Shown here: one piece after another, positions 18,204 to 29,588 of the stretch
How positions within the stretch are numbered: position 1 is the first letter of the stretch
Layout: the number at the start of each line of letters is the position of its first letter
DNA from: Thermodesulfobacteriota bacterium
Lineage (GTDB): Bacteria > Desulfobacterota_D > UBA1144 > Nemesobacterales > UBA2774
Assembly (NCBI GenBank): GCA_965223335.1
Contig: OZ244991.1
Span: forward strand, 2,592,001 to 2,656,000
DNA: 64,000 nt
Reading direction: 5' to 3'
Notes under the pieces: generated by a model
What the model was told of the DNA's origin: nothing
The model's input: only the letters and a program-made list of their open reading frames with translations
The model's database searches: none
Program-made: the position numbers and the translations under genes

Positions 18204-21200
18204 TTACTGCCCTTTCCCTGCCCTATCGGGGTACTCCGGTCTATTAGGCTTCTTAGACTCTTGCTTACCCAATAGTTCTACTGCAACCTCTATGGACTTC
18301 TCAAGCTGGGGATCAACCCCCTCGCCCGGTCTCTCGTGAATATCGTCCACCTCGTAATCGGGCTCAACCCCATAACCCTCAATCTCCCACTTGCCGCTCG
18401 AGTTCCAAAACGCATAGCTTGGCGCTGTCACAAACCCCCCGTCTATAAGTAGGGGGTTCCCCGAGACCCCTATTAAACCACCCAGTGTCCTGGTTCCTAC
18501 TAACGGTCCCAGCCCGGATTTTCTAAAATAGTATGGCAGGGCATCCCCGCCCGAGCCCGACCACCCGTTAATTATCATGACCTTTGGCCCTGTGTGCGCA
18601 GGGGAAGGCGTTTCCAAGTCGTCGAAGCCGCGGCGCGCCCAGTAGTTTAGCGTGGGGCGGTTAAGCAGTTCAATAAACCTATCGGGCACCTGCCCCCCTC
18701 CGTTAAACCTCTCGTCAATTATAAGTGCGTCCATGTTGTGTTGGGGTATGAACTGCCGCACAAACTCGCTTTGCCCAAACCGTCCTGTGTCGGGCACATA
18801 TACATACCCCACACGCCCCTCGGTTGCATCATGAACTCTCTTTCTGTTTTGCTCTACCCAGTCCAGATAGCGCAGTTTCTGGTCTTCTGCGTTTTTTATA
18901 GGTTTCACTAGAACATTGCGTATATCATTTTCCTTACCCGATCGGCTCACTCCCAGTGTTGTAACCTCTCCTACGAGGCCCTCGAACGAGGCCCAAAAAT
19001 CCCTAGAGACGTCCACACCCCTACCGTCCACTGTCAATATGTACTCACCTTCCCTAACCCCCATTCCCGCTTCATCGAGCGGCGATTTAGAAACCCCGTT
19101 TAACTCCCCGCCGCTATAAATCTTATCAATCCTATATGCGCCTACATCCGCATCAAACCCGATATCTGCTCCCAAGAGCCCGGTCTCCACCGTCTCGCCC
19201 ACCTCCATATCTCCACCACCCACATATGTGTGCGAAGAGTTTAACTCCCCCAGCATCTCGCCAATCACATAGTTCAGATCCTCTCGGTCAACAACATGGG
19301 GCAGTAACGCCTCGTACCTCTCCCTTACGGCGTTCCAATCCACTCCATGCATATTCGGGTCATAGAAATAATCCCGCAGTATCCGCCACGACTCTGTAAA
19401 GATCTGGCTCCATTCCTCCCGAGGGTCGATCTTTGCTTTTAGCTTACCCACAGCGATCTTGCCATCCCCTGCATTTTTGCCCTCACCAAAATCTACTATC
19501 CCGTATTTATCCCTCGCCTTATACAAGATCTTCTTGCCGTCTGCAGAAATCTTGTATGCATTGACACCCCCGATTATCTGGCCCTCGCGGCCGCTGTTTA
19601 GATCGTAAAACATCAGTTTACCCCCGGGGTGATCGTGGTTATTCACCCCCGCAGGCGGTAAACGCAAATACACAACCTTACCGCTAACAGCGGTCAACCC
19701 GCCAAAGTTGCCCGCACTCGGTGGCAGTTTCACCGCACGCTCCGCAATATCGTCGAAGTCTATCCTCTCATCCTTCTTATCTTTGTTATCCGTATTATGC
19801 TGTGGTTTGGGAGATATTTCCTCTATATCGTCTTTTAATGCAAGTGGGGATTTTAGGTCCTTTCTTAGAGGCAGTGCATAAATCTCGGTAGAGTTGGGGT
19901 AGATCCAGGTCGCCTGCATGTCGCTATAAACAGGCGTGAATTTCCTGTCTGAAAAAAAGTATATGTATTTACCGTCAGGATCGAACTCGGGGGAGTTATC
20001 GTTATAGTAATTGCTGGTCAAGCGTTTTTTATCACCCGACTTTGTGTCGTACACAAACACCGATTTCCGCCCATTGGACATCTGTTTTGTATAGGCGATC
20101 CACCTGCTTTTCGGCGACCACGAATACGCGTGAATCTCGTCTCTTTCGTCCTTGTCCACAAGTTCAGGGGTTCTTTTCTTGTCGTCTATATAATAGAGGC
20201 TCCCCGTGTTGTCACTCCATGCAAGCTTTTTACTATCCGGGGACCAGACGAGTTGATACCGGAATGTGCTGCCATCGTTTGTCAGCTGTATCTCCTCTCC
20301 CCTACCGTCGCTCGGTTTCAAATAGATCTCGTACTCGCCCGTTTTATCCGACAGGTAAGCTATGTACTTTCCATCGGGTGACCACACCGGAAACCGCTCG
20401 GCAGAGCCCGAGCTCGAGCTTAGATTGCGGATGCTCCCGTGATGACGCGGCACTGAGAATATCTCACCCCTAGCCTCCACAAGCGCTCTTTTCCCTGTGG
20501 GAGATATGGCAAAATTCTCAATCTGTTTTGAAACGTCTTTTAATCTTGCCCTTAGGTGCGGGAGGTCCGATGGCACATCGATATTCACCTCCGTAATCTG
20601 CTCATCACTTAAACCGAGCAAGTAGAGCTTGCCCCCGTTCTCAAACACAATGTCAGAGGGCCCCAAACTCGGCCACCTCACATCATAATCCGTAAACCTT
20701 GTGACCTGTCGTATCTTTTTGTCCCCAAGCTCATATGCCCAAATATTGAGCTTGCTCTTATCCCCCCTGTCCGATAGAAAATAGATCGTATCCCCATGCC
20801 ACATAGGCAGAGAGTCGGTACCCTCGTACTCGGTTATCTTCTCTGCTTTATCGTTCTCAAAATCGTATAACCACAGGTTAGACGCCATACCCCCCTTGTA
20901 CCGCTTCCATGTCCGAAACTGTCTTAGTATGTACTGGAACGCTAGCTTCTTGCCGTCGGGGCTAAGGCTCCCGACCTCGGCATAGGGCAGAGGCAGGACC
21001 TCGGGGACCCCCCCATCAACCGAGAGTTTAAAGAGCCTCTTGGTTCTGTGCGTGGGGCTAAGCATCCCCGAGCGCAGCAATAGGTGTTTACCGTCGGGGT
21101 ACCAGCCCACTACAGCCTCCTGCTCCGGATGATAGGTAAGTCTGGCAGGCTCACCGCCCTCAGTGGGCATTATATATATATCGGTGTTGCCGTCATAGTT

Positions 21201-21533
21201 GCCGCTGAACGCCACCCTCCGGCCGTCGGGCGAGAATTTAGGCAGTAGCTCCCTGCCCCGAGGAGAACTAAGCTTGCGCGCTGTGCCGCCCTGTTTCGGT
21301 ACGATCCATAGGTCGCCCGCATACACAAACACTATGTTGTCTTCGCTAACATCGGGGAAACGGAGCATCCTTGCATCGGGGGATCTATCTTTATCACCAT
21401 TGGTCCGATCGGTTTTATCGGTATTATCAAGTTCGGCCTGTTCTCTATCATCAGGCTGTTTAGCCTCTTGGGCCAAGGCTGTTGAGATAATACCGAGCAT
21501 TAATATTAGTATCAGAGTCGAAAGTTTTTGCAT
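18204..21533 (-). CDS. Tricorn protease homolog (S41, PD40 propellers, PDZ)
   Basis: Signal peptide; TWKRYKGG; GELNSSH; DERFNGGG; SGSGGD; GYGVEPD. Confidence 0.93.
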   Translation of the reverse strand: MQKLSTLILILMLGIISTALAQEAKQPDDREQAELDNTDKTDRTNGDKDRSPDARMLRFPDVSEDNIVFVYAGDLWIVPKQGGTARKLSSPRGRELLPKFSPDGRRVAFSGNYDGNTDIYIMPTEGGEPARLTYHPEQEAVVGWYPDGKHLLLRSGMLSPTHRTKRLFKLSVDGGVPEVLPLPYAEVGSLSPDGKKLAFQYILRQFRTWKRYKGGMASNLWLYDFENDKAEKITEYEGTDSLPMWHGDTIYFLSDRGDKSKLNIWAYELGDKKIRQVTRFTDYDVRWPSLGPSDIVFENGGKLYLLGLSDEQITEVNIDVPSDLPHLRARLKDVSKQIENFAISPTGKRALVEARGEIFSVPRHHGSIRNLSSSSGSAERFPVWSPDGKYIAYLSDKTGEYEIYLKPSDGRGEEIQLTNDGSTFRYQLVWSPDSKKLAWSDNTGSLYYIDDKKRTPELVDKDERDEIHAYSWSPKSRWIAYTKQMSNGRKSVFVYDTKSGDKKRLTSNYYNDNSPEFDPDGKYIYFFSDRKFTPVYSDMQATWIYPNSTEIYALPLRKDLKSPLALKDDIEEISPKPQHNTDNKDKKDERIDFDDIAERAVKLPPSAGNFGGLTAVSGKVVYLRLPPAGVNNHDHPGGKLMFYDLNSGREGQIIGGVNAYKISADGKKILYKARDKYGIVDFGEGKNAGDGKIAVGKLKAKIDPREEWSQIFTESWRILRDYFYDPNMHGVDWNAVRERYEALLPHVVDREDLNYVIGEMLGELNSSHTYVGGGDMEVGETVETGLLGADIGFDADVGAYRIDKIYSGGELNGVSKSPLDEAGMGVREGEYILTVDGRGVDVSRDFWASFEGLVGEVTTLGVSRSGKENDIRNVLVKPIKNAEDQKLRYLDWVEQNRKRVHDATEGRVGYVYVPDTGRFGQSEFVRQFIPQHNMDALIIDERFNGGGQVPDRFIELLNRPTLNYWARRGFDDLETPSPAHTGPKVMIINGWSGSGGDALPYYFRKSGLGPLVGTRTLGGLIGVSGNPLLIDGGFVTAPSYAFWNSSGKWEIEGYGVEPDYEVDDIHERPGEGVDPQLEKSIEVAVELLGKQESKKPNRPEYPDRAGKGQ

Positions 21534-21944
21534 AACAGTTTAAGTCCCTCGCAACTATAAGGCACCGAATCAGTGAGCGTATAGGCGTGATTCGATAATT
21601 ATAAAATATACCTAAACATCTAGGTTACCTCTGGGTAAGGTTTCCAAATATATTCACAATCCGTAGCGCCACATATTTGATCTCAACCGGGGTGGGGCTG
21701 TGTACTTGCTCATTATACATTTGGTGTGTTTGTGGCAAAGAATACAAACAGGAAACTACACTCTCACTTTGCCGTAATTTAATATACGTACTTAGATTAA
21801 ACTAAATATCAATCGGCATGTTGGAGTGAGTAAAAGAAAGGAATGATCATTATCTGTGCACCTAACTTATATACCGCTTATGGAACTGCTTCATGCTGTC
21901 GGGCTCCCCAAAATATGAGTCTCGACTGTGCATTTAATAAAGAA

Positions 21945-23051
21945 TCACGTATCTACCAACTCTCTAGTCAGATCTTTTTTCCTTTTTTGCCTTTCTAACC
22001 CCAGATCGATCAGACGTGATATAAGTTCAGTGAACGATATACCCGTAGCCTCCCAGAGCTTCGGATACATGCTTATTTCTGTGAATCCGGGTATCGTGTT
22101 TATCTCACTTACGAACATCTCATCCGTAGCACCGTCGACTAAAAAATCTATACGTCCCATACCCGAACAGTCCAGTGTTTTAAATGTATCTACCGCAAGC
22201 TTTTTGAGAGCTTCTATTCGATCTGATGAGAATTCAGCGGGCACCACAAGTCCCGTGCCCTCCTCCAGGTACTTGGCCCTATAGTCATAGAACTCCCTAT
22301 GAGGCTTTACCTCCCCCGGCACAGATGCCAGTGCCTCCTCATTGCCCAACACACTGACCTCAATCTCCCGGGGGTCATTAACCGCCCTCTCTACAATTAC
22401 CCTGTCCGAGTATTGCAACGAGTACTCCACAGCCTTTCTTAATTCCGTTTCTGTGCCCGCCTTGGTAATCCCAACACTGGAACCAAGATCAGCCGATTTT
22501 ACAAACACACTCGGGCCCAGAGCACGTATTATTTCCGGGACCAGTTCACCCGAATCGGTTTGCCAATCGCGGCGCGTGAACCATACATAATCAACTATGG
22601 GCAGCCCAGCATCCTTAAGCACCGCCTTCATCATAATCTTGTCCATACCCACAGACGATCCCAACACCCCGGCACCTACATACGGCGTGCCCATAAGTTC
22701 AAATAAACCCTGTATAGCCCCGTCTTCTCCATAGGTCCCGTGCAAAACCGGGAACGCAATATCTATCTCTATTTCCTCTACCACAGAGCTTCCCCTGACC
22801 ACACAAAGTGTCGGGTTATCGGGGTTCAATGAGGGAGATACATACAGATCGTTCTCATAAATTAGATCCTCACCCCCGACCCAGCTCTGGTCCTTTACTA
22901 TTCTCCACACGCCGTTTTTGTCTATGAATACACTTATGACGTTATAGAGTTCTGTATCGATATTTTTAACAATCGACCTAGCAGAGATAACCGAGATCTC
23001 ATGCTCAACCGATTTCCCGCCAAAAATTATAGCAACTCGAGATAAAGACAA
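21945..23051 (-). CDS. ddl: D-alanine--D-alanine ligase
   Basis: FGGKSVEHEIS, LHGTYGEDG, GSSVG, YDYRAKY, EINTIPGFT. Confidence 0.96.
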   Translation of the reverse strand: MSLSRVAIIFGGKSVEHEISVISARSIVKNIDTELYNVISVFIDKNGVWRIVKDQSWVGGEDLIYENDLYVSPSLNPDNPTLCVVRGSSVVEEIEIDIAFPVLHGTYGEDGAIQGLFELMGTPYVGAGVLGSSVGMDKIMMKAVLKDAGLPIVDYVWFTRRDWQTDSGELVPEIIRALGPSVFVKSADLGSSVGITKAGTETELRKAVEYSLQYSDRVIVERAVNDPREIEVSVLGNEEALASVPGEVKPHREFYDYRAKYLEEGTGLVVPAEFSSDRIEALKKLAVDTFKTLDCSGMGRIDFLVDGATDEMFVSEINTIPGFTEISMYPKLWEATGISFTELISRLIDLGLERQKRKKDLTRELVDT

Positions 23052-23322
23052 TGTTACCCCCTCACTTCAATTACGCATCTGCACACTTTTTCAAGCTATG
23101 CTTTGAATTTATAGTCTCTAACCAGTTACACTACTGGAAATTTCTTGTCAAGCTAACCACCAATTCAACCTTAATATATAGGGGTTCTATAAGGACACTG
23201 CGAGAAATAAGAAATGTATTTGAGTCTTAAGTTCGGGATAGCTGCTAAATCATTTTGCAAATGCACAACGATCATGTAAAATGCACATCTGTATTAATCA
23301 GACGAAACAAGGAGGGTAAAAA

Positions 23323-24513
23323 ATGCAAAAAGCATTGATAAGCGAGCCGCTAAGGACTGCTATCGGAGCCTTTGGAGGTACGCTAAAAGACACTCCCGCT
23401 ACAACGCTCGGTTCCACTGTGGTAAAAGAACTTCTGGAACGCACAGGCGTTGCACCTAAAGAGATCGACGACTGTATTATGGGCAACATACTCAGTGCCG
23501 GAATGGGAATGAACCCAAGCCGCCAGGTTGCTCTTGGAGCGGGGCTTGATATAGAGACACCGGCGTACACCATAAACCGCGTATGCGGTTCAGGGCTAAA
23601 TACCGTAGCACTGGCGGCACAGGCCATAAAAGCAGGAGACTCAGATGCAATAATCGCAGGGGGCATAGAGAACATGAACCAGGCTCCGTTCTATCTGCAA
23701 AAGGCCCGCTACGGATACCGTATGGGAATGCCCAAAGACGAGATCACAGACGGTATGGTATACGACGGTCTCTGGGATGTTTTCAATGACTATCATATGG
23801 GTGTTACTGCTGAGAATCTAGCCGAAACTTATAACATATCTAAAGAAGAACAGGACGAATTCGCATACAAGAGCCAGATGAAATGTAAAAACGCTATGGA
23901 TGGCGGGAAGTTTAAAGATGAGATTGTCCCTGTAATGATCCCACAGCGTAGAAAAGACCCCATAGCTTTTGAGGTCGATGAACACCCACGCGGCGATACG
24001 ACTCTAGAGGGCCTCGGTAGGCTGCGCGGAGTCTTTAAAGTTGGCGGCACAGTATCCGCCGGTAACGCATCTGGGATCAACGACGGTGCCGCAGCAGTGA
24101 TGGTTACTTCCGAAAAGAAAGCAAAATCGCTGGGCTTAAAACCCATTGCCAGCGTGGTGTCATACGCTGTAGCCGGTGTTGACCCCTCGATTATGGGCAT
24201 CGGCCCTGTGCCGGCAATTCAAAAGGCATTAGCCAAAGCCAAACTATCATTGGACGATATAGATCTGTTTGAACTAAACGAAGCGTTTGCTGCCCAGTCG
24301 CTTGCCGTGCTTCGCGACTTGCCGATCCCTGAAAAAAAGATCAATGTTAACGGCGGCGCAATTGCTCTTGGACACCCAATCGGGGCATCGGGTACAAGGA
24401 TCTTGGTAACCCTTCTCCACGAGCTCAAGAGAAGAAAGAAAGCCAAACGCGGTCTCGCAGCGCTCTGCATAGGTGGGGGAATGGGTATTGCGATGATTGT
24501 AGAGAAAGTGTAG
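23323..24513 (+). CDS. Acetyl-CoA C-acetyltransferase (thiolase)
   Basis: [25 protein letters not shown]. Confidence 0.95.
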   Translation: MQKALISEPLRTAIGAFGGTLKDTPATTLGSTVVKELLERTGVAPKEIDDCIMGNILSAGMGMNPSRQVALGAGLDIETPAYTINRVCGSGLNTVALAAQAIKAGDSDAIIAGGIENMNQAPFYLQKARYGYRMGMPKDEITDGMVYDGLWDVFNDYHMGVTAENLAETYNISKEEQDEFAYKSQMKCKNAMDGGKFKDEIVPVMIPQRRKDPIAFEVDEHPRGDTTLEGLGRLRGVFKVGGTVSAGNASGINDGAAAVMVTSEKKAKSLGLKPIASVVSYAVAGVDPSIMGIGPVPAIQKALAKAKLSLDDIDLFELNEAFAAQSLAVLRDLPIPEKKINVNGGAIALGHPIGASGTRILVTLLHELKRRKKAKRGLAALCIGGGMGIAMIVEKV

Positions 24514-24573
24514 TTGGTATATTAGCAACAAAACAGAGGGCCGGCGCACTGTCGGCCTTCTTAGCAACTCAAG

Positions 24574-25023
24574 CTAGATCACTTCAATTAGGTAACTTTT
24601 AGGCGGGAAAAGCTCCTTAAAGGCCTCGGGTACGGGATCCACACTACGTTCTGCATAATTAAAGAACACGATCCCGGTTTTCACATACGCTATTTCTTTC
24701 CCGCTCTTTTTTTCGGTCACGACATAAACTATATCGCACCCGCTATTCGAATACTCGCACACTGCCAGCTCAACTTTAAGCGTGTCCCCATAGAAACTCT
24801 CCGATTTATACTGCACGGCTACATCCGCCATAATGATTGCAGACCCGCCTATATCGAGCTCAGAGAAACCGTTATCGACCAAAAACCTTACCCTTGCCTC
24901 GTGTGCTATAGAGAGTATAGAGTCGTGTCCCAGGTGGCCTCCATAGTTGATGTCACTTATCCTAAGCCTGATCTCGGTAGAGTAGTGGTAATCCCCGGGA
25001 GATTCGATCTTTATTCTAGACAT
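24574..25023 (-). CDS. 4HBT-like thioesterase family protein
   Basis: RISDINYGGHLGHD, HEAR. Confidence 0.85.
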   Translation of the reverse strand: MSRIKIESPGDYHYSTEIRLRISDINYGGHLGHDSILSIAHEARVRFLVDNGFSELDIGGSAIIMADVAVQYKSESFYGDTLKVELAVCEYSNSGCDIVYVVTEKKSGKEIAYVKTGIVFFNYAERSVDPVPEAFKELFPPKSYLIEVI

Positions 25024-25177
25024 ATCTACACGCCTATATTAAAACTATGATTACGTACCGATTGGGACATGATTATATACATAGCCACCGATAAACACAA
25101 AAATCAGTTGACACATGACCCGTCGATTGTATAAATTGCTATAATATTACTAACTCGCCCAAGGAGGCCGCGTGTAG

Positions 25178-25729
25178 ATGACCATAAACAGTCTGAAACC
25201 CTCGTCCATAAAGAATTTCTTCGGCAAATTAGTAAACATGAGTTTCCTTGACCTCGGTAATGACAAAGACTCTAGTGCCGCAGGCTATATATCCGAGATG
25301 CTCACCGAGTTTGCCCGCACCGAAAAACTCTACAAGATAAGCGACTCTGAGGGGCGGCGTGTTGAATCCATAGTCGAGATCATCCTGGAATCCCAGAATA
25401 AAAACAATAACAACTCCGAGTCCGAGCGCGAGTTAAGAAAATACGTGGGCGATTTCTCGCTCTTTATGTCAGGAGTTTTCAGGGACTATTTGATCCGGGG
25501 CTCATATCTTAACTACTACATTGATCAGGGCACAAAATCTTACTTTTTGGTTTCGAGATTAGATTTGGAAATGGGCAAAGGCGACCCTATTTTTTTCAAC
25601 AAGCTCTCCCAAGAGTTCGAGTTCTACTCGGGGGCACTGGATTATATGCGCAAGGTCTATTTTAAACACGGGCTCTCAGAGCATATGTTCGCCAACTTCG
25701 CTAACGAACTGTCGAAGCTAAAACACTAA
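25178..25729 (+). CDS. Conserved hypothetical helical protein
   Basis: RKYVGDFSLFMSGVF, YYIDQG; RBS AGGAGG; TTGACA-16-TATAAA at 25108-25135. Confidence 0.75.
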   Translation: MTINSLKPSSIKNFFGKLVNMSFLDLGNDKDSSAAGYISEMLTEFARTEKLYKISDSEGRRVESIVEIILESQNKNNNNSESERELRKYVGDFSLFMSGVFRDYLIRGSYLNYYIDQGTKSYFLVSRLDLEMGKGDPIFFNKLSQEFEFYSGALDYMRKVYFKHGLSEHMFANFANELSKLKH

Positions 25730-25735
25730 GTTCCA

Positions 25736-26785
25736 CTATCCGTGAAAATGCGGGATAATCTCCTTAGTCAGTATTTCAAACGATCGTTCACGGTCCGGGC
25801 TAAAATCCCTAAGCACAAAATGATCCACACCCGCATCTATATACTCCTCGAACCTCTCGATCACCCTCTCTTTTGAGCCTGCTATTACAAAGTCCATCAA
25901 GATCTCTCTCGAGTAATACCTCTGGCCCATCTCTCTGAATTTCGCGAGCATTTCCTTATCGTTGGGCATTATTTTGGTGTACTGCAAGCCCTTATATTTA
26001 TCATCGATCTCTATATCATATCCCGCCTCCGCCAACAACTCGGGCCATATTAATGCGTGCTTCACAGGTGCTAGCGAGTTGTAAGCCTCATCCTCATTAT
26101 CAGCTATGGATACGAAAATATAGATTGACTTTTCTATCTCCCCCAGCCCTTTGGGCCTTGCATCCGATTGTTCAAGTACTGCTTTAGCTTTTGACTTGAA
26201 CAAGCCTGTTGGCATTGCATTTGTCAGCCATCCATCACCGTACTTCCCAGCCACCTCCAATGCCCTCGGCCCCGTAGCCGCTATGTATATGGGCACGCCC
26301 GATTCACTAACCGGTTTTATGCGCAGCACAGCATCATCCAGACTATATATCTCCCCCTCAAAGTTAACCACCTCCCCAGTCCACAACGACCTCATCACTT
26401 CCACAGACTCTGCCACCCGTTTAAGAGGATTGTCCCATTTGATACCGTAAGGGTCCAGGTTCATTTTCTCGCCGTAGCCGAGGCACGCAAACACCCTTCC
26501 CCCTGCAATATGGTCCACTGTAGCCAAGCGGTGCGCATATACGGAGGGATGAATACGGTGAGCGTCCCCCACTGCACCCATAGCGATGGTTTTTGTTGCG
26601 GGTGCTGCCGCCGTGATCACTGACCAGACCTCAGGTGTCAGTTTATCAGCCATAAATACCACATGATCAGGAAACCATACCGTGTCGAACCCCCCCCTCT
26701 CACTCTTGTACACAAAGTCCAGTAGCCCCTCGACCGATACCCCCGGCACTGGGGCCGTTATCCCGAATTTGGTGTATTCAGACAT
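25736..26785 (-). CDS. Luciferase-like monooxygenase (LLM) class flavin/F420-dependent oxidoreductase
   Basis: GFDTVWFPDH, PIYIAATGP, AGKYGDGW; start MSEYTK after GGAGG. Confidence 0.88.
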   Translation of the reverse strand: MSEYTKFGITAPVPGVSVEGLLDFVYKSERGGFDTVWFPDHVVFMADKLTPEVWSVITAAAPATKTIAMGAVGDAHRIHPSVYAHRLATVDHIAGGRVFACLGYGEKMNLDPYGIKWDNPLKRVAESVEVMRSLWTGEVVNFEGEIYSLDDAVLRIKPVSESGVPIYIAATGPRALEVAGKYGDGWLTNAMPTGLFKSKAKAVLEQSDARPKGLGEIEKSIYIFVSIADNEDEAYNSLAPVKHALIWPELLAEAGYDIEIDDKYKGLQYTKIMPNDKEMLAKFREMGQRYYSREILMDFVIAGSKERVIERFEEYIDAGVDHFVLRDFSPDRERSFEILTKEIIPHFHG

Positions 26786-26945
26786 TGCTAAATAGCCTCC
26801 TAATGGTAAGCATGACAACATTTATTTATGTACTTAATTTATCACCTCCGCTTGATTTTTACTATCTGAATTGTTATTATTCCTAACAATAGAACAACAT
26901 TTCCACGCACGGTTAGTGGGACATGAGGCGGAGGTTACAACGATA

Positions 26946-27185
26946 ATGGAGAGATTGGAAAAGGAACATGCCAGTACACATGTGGACATTGAATCGAAAC
27001 GGTTTTTCTTCGATGTTAAAGAAAACCATAAGGGCAAATACCTGAGAATAACCGAACTAAGCGGCGGCAGGTCTTGCATTGTTATCCCTTTGGGCGGAGT
27101 AACTCTTTTCAAAGAGAGATTGGGCGAAGTAATCGAAGAAGCTGAGAAGCTCATCGATAACGTAGACCAGGCAAACGCTGTATAA
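26946..27185 (+). CDS. Single-repeat PUR (Pur-alpha-like) ssDNA/RNA-binding protein
   Basis: IESKRFFFDVKENHKGKYLRITELSGGRSCIVIP matches the PUR-repeat pattern. Confidence 0.85.
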   Translation: MERLEKEHASTHVDIESKRFFFDVKENHKGKYLRITELSGGRSCIVIPLGGVTLFKERLGEVIEEAEKLIDNVDQANAV

Positions 27186-27321
27186 AGATTGGAAAAGTAT
27201 TAGCTATTGATGTAGTCACCTACTCATCATTAACAATACATAATCTATAAGAGCTAAGAGCGCTACGTATAGTTTGTTAGTTATGCGTACATGTTGCTAC
27301 GGGTTTGTTACGTTTAAAACA

Positions 27322-28581
27322 CTATAGAAATGCCGGCAGGTTCTCTTTAGAAACAAGGTCGTCGTAGGTCTCGCGCTCCCTGATCAGTGAATGGTCATTA
27401 CCCTTAACCAGTATCTCGGCTGCACGCGGCCTAGTGTTGTAGTTAGAGGCCATTACAAACCCATATGCCCCTGCGCTAAATACGGCTAGAATATCCCCTG
27501 CCATTACCTCGGGCAGCGCCCGTTCTTTAGCCAAAAAGTCCCCCGACTCGCATATGGGACCTACCACATCCACAGTCTCGGCCCGAGAGTCTGTCTGGGC
27601 CACTGGCATTATCTCATGATACGAGTCATAAAACGCGGGCCTAATCAAATCATTCATAGCAGCATCTACTATAACGAATTTCTTCTCGGTCCCCTCTTTT
27701 ACGAAATTCACCGTAGTCAGCATTACCCCTGCGTTCCCCATAAGTGATCGGCCCGGCTCAAGCACCAGCTTATAAGGTCTGCTTCCAATCTCGCTCATGA
27801 TCAAATCCGCATACTCGGATAGTAATGGCGGGGTATCATCCCTGCGATAGTTTATGCCGATTCCCCCTCCGATATCTATATATTTGATACCTATGCCGGC
27901 TTCTGAAAGCTTATCGGCCAGCACAAGGAGTTTCTCCAACGAATCTATGAAGGGTTCTAGCTCGAATATTTGCGAGCCTATATGTGCGTCAAGGGCCACA
28001 ATCTCGACCCCTTCCATTTTGGATGCTTCCCGATAGACCTGCTCGGCCCGCTCAATCTCTATGCCGAACTTACTCTCTTTAAACCCCGTAGATATATAGG
28101 GATGTGTGTTGGCATCTATATCCGGGTTTACACGAAGCGCTATAGGAGCCTTTTTGCCTATCCCCGCTCCGACCTTATTTAGTAGGTGAAGCTCTTCCTC
28201 CGACTCCACATTAAAAAAAAGTATCCCCGCTTCTATCGCGTCCGCCATCTCCTGCGCTGTTTTACCCACTCCCGAGAACACCACCATGGACAGCTCGCCC
28301 CCGGCCATCTTAACCCGTCTCAGCTCCCCACCCGATACAATATCGAACCCGGAGCCGAGATCACTAAAAGCCTTCAGTATAGCTATGTTCGAGTTGGCCT
28401 TGACGGAGTAGCAGATAAGTGCACCGGTGTCACGAAAGGCCTCATCATATGACTGGAAACTCTTTTTTAGAAAACCGTAGCTGTACACATAGCACGGTGT
28501 GCCGTAAGTCTTGGCAATCTCGTTCATCGAGACATCTTCTATATATAGCTGGCCGTCTCTGTATCCGTACACTTCGTCCAT
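27322..28581 (-). CDS. lysA: Diaminopimelate decarboxylase
   Basis: YSVKAN, HIGSQI, EPGRS, GPICESGD, YNTRP. Confidence 0.96.
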   Translation of the reverse strand: MDEVYGYRDGQLYIEDVSMNEIAKTYGTPCYVYSYGFLKKSFQSYDEAFRDTGALICYSVKANSNIAILKAFSDLGSGFDIVSGGELRRVKMAGGELSMVVFSGVGKTAQEMADAIEAGILFFNVESEEELHLLNKVGAGIGKKAPIALRVNPDIDANTHPYISTGFKESKFGIEIERAEQVYREASKMEGVEIVALDAHIGSQIFELEPFIDSLEKLLVLADKLSEAGIGIKYIDIGGGIGINYRRDDTPPLLSEYADLIMSEIGSRPYKLVLEPGRSLMGNAGVMLTTVNFVKEGTEKKFVIVDAAMNDLIRPAFYDSYHEIMPVAQTDSRAETVDVVGPICESGDFLAKERALPEVMAGDILAVFSAGAYGFVMASNYNTRPRAAEILVKGNDHSLIRERETYDDLVSKENLPAFL

Positions 28582-28687
28582 TTATTAACACTCCTACAAT
28601 TAATTAGACCATAATGTACATTAATTTCACAAAATGAGAATAAACCGGGATTGTAAAGTTACAAGTAAATGTTAGTTGTTACAAGTC

Positions 28688-28726
28688 AAAAAAAGACCGG
28701 GCTCTAGTTACTAAAACCCGGTCTTT
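28688..28726 (-). terminator. Intrinsic terminator
   Basis: AAAGACCGGG...CCCGGTCTTT stem followed by a T run on the minus strand, downstream of the SYLF gene. Confidence 0.7.
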
Positions 28727-28793
28727 GTAATTTTAATCCGCGGCACTATAAATTCGGATTATGGTTAAGAACTATTCATCAGTTAAATCTTCC

Positions 28794-29369
28794 TCAATTG
28801 AGGTCTTTATCCGGCCAGTATTTAGACGCCCCAAAGTTTGCTCTCAGCGCTATTCCCGATTCCGTAAGCTGAAAAACCAATACATCTGAATCAAGAGCAA
28901 CTTCCCCTGTCACAGCTTCGCCTTCATCCTTATACTTAGCGGCAGCATCACCCTGCACTCCCATGTTCCATCCATTAGCCCAGAAATCATAGAACTTCTG
29001 CTTGCTGTTAAACACAACGACCTCGCGAAAGTCCTTTAAGGCCACACCCAGCCCCACTCCTGCCTCAGCCATTCTCATGTAAGTTTTATCGCCATTCGAG
29101 TTGTCTATGAGCACACCGTAACCGTTACCAGTACCTACTAACAATAATTGAGTGTTTATATTGCTGAAAACCCCATACCCCGCAGCATTCTGTATGAGCT
29201 CTCTAGCCCAAGGTTTATCAGCGTAGAGATCCTGCAAAGTACTCTGCTTCATTTGAAGTACGAAGTCTCTTTTTTCTTGCGGTGTGTCGCCCTGGGGCCT
29301 TGCACAATTCACAACAAAAAGCATCCCACACCCGAACACCATCAATATCAAAACATTAAGATGTTTCAT
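28794..29369 (-). CDS. SYLF/Ysc84-domain lipoprotein
   Basis: Lipobox VVN-C; GYGVF, GNGYGV, GVGLG, YWPDKDLN; start MKHLN after GAGGAGG. Confidence 0.8.
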   Translation of the reverse strand: MKHLNVLILMVFGCGMLFVVNCARPQGDTPQEKRDFVLQMKQSTLQDLYADKPWARELIQNAAGYGVFSNINTQLLLVGTGNGYGVLIDNSNGDKTYMRMAEAGVGLGVALKDFREVVVFNSKQKFYDFWANGWNMGVQGDAAAKYKDEGEAVTGEVALDSDVLVFQLTESGIALRANFGASKYWPDKDLN

Positions 29370-29588
29370 AATCCCCTCCTCAAGAACCACTTGTTTATTA
29401 GACAGATTCAACACGGTACCACAATACTAACAAGTTAACAACAATACTATTGAACCTTATAATACTACATCGTAAGCCTATGACAATTGTAACATGAGAG
29501 CATAGATCACACGAAAAAAATACTGCGAATCAGACCTATTCCGTATTCATATACCACTTTAAGTATAAGGTGTTATACATTATCATAA

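Noticed and set aside
21534..21944. 410-bp intergenic region as possible ncRNA or small ORF
   Set aside because: No recognisable RNA family, strong stem or RBS-supported ORF by eye.
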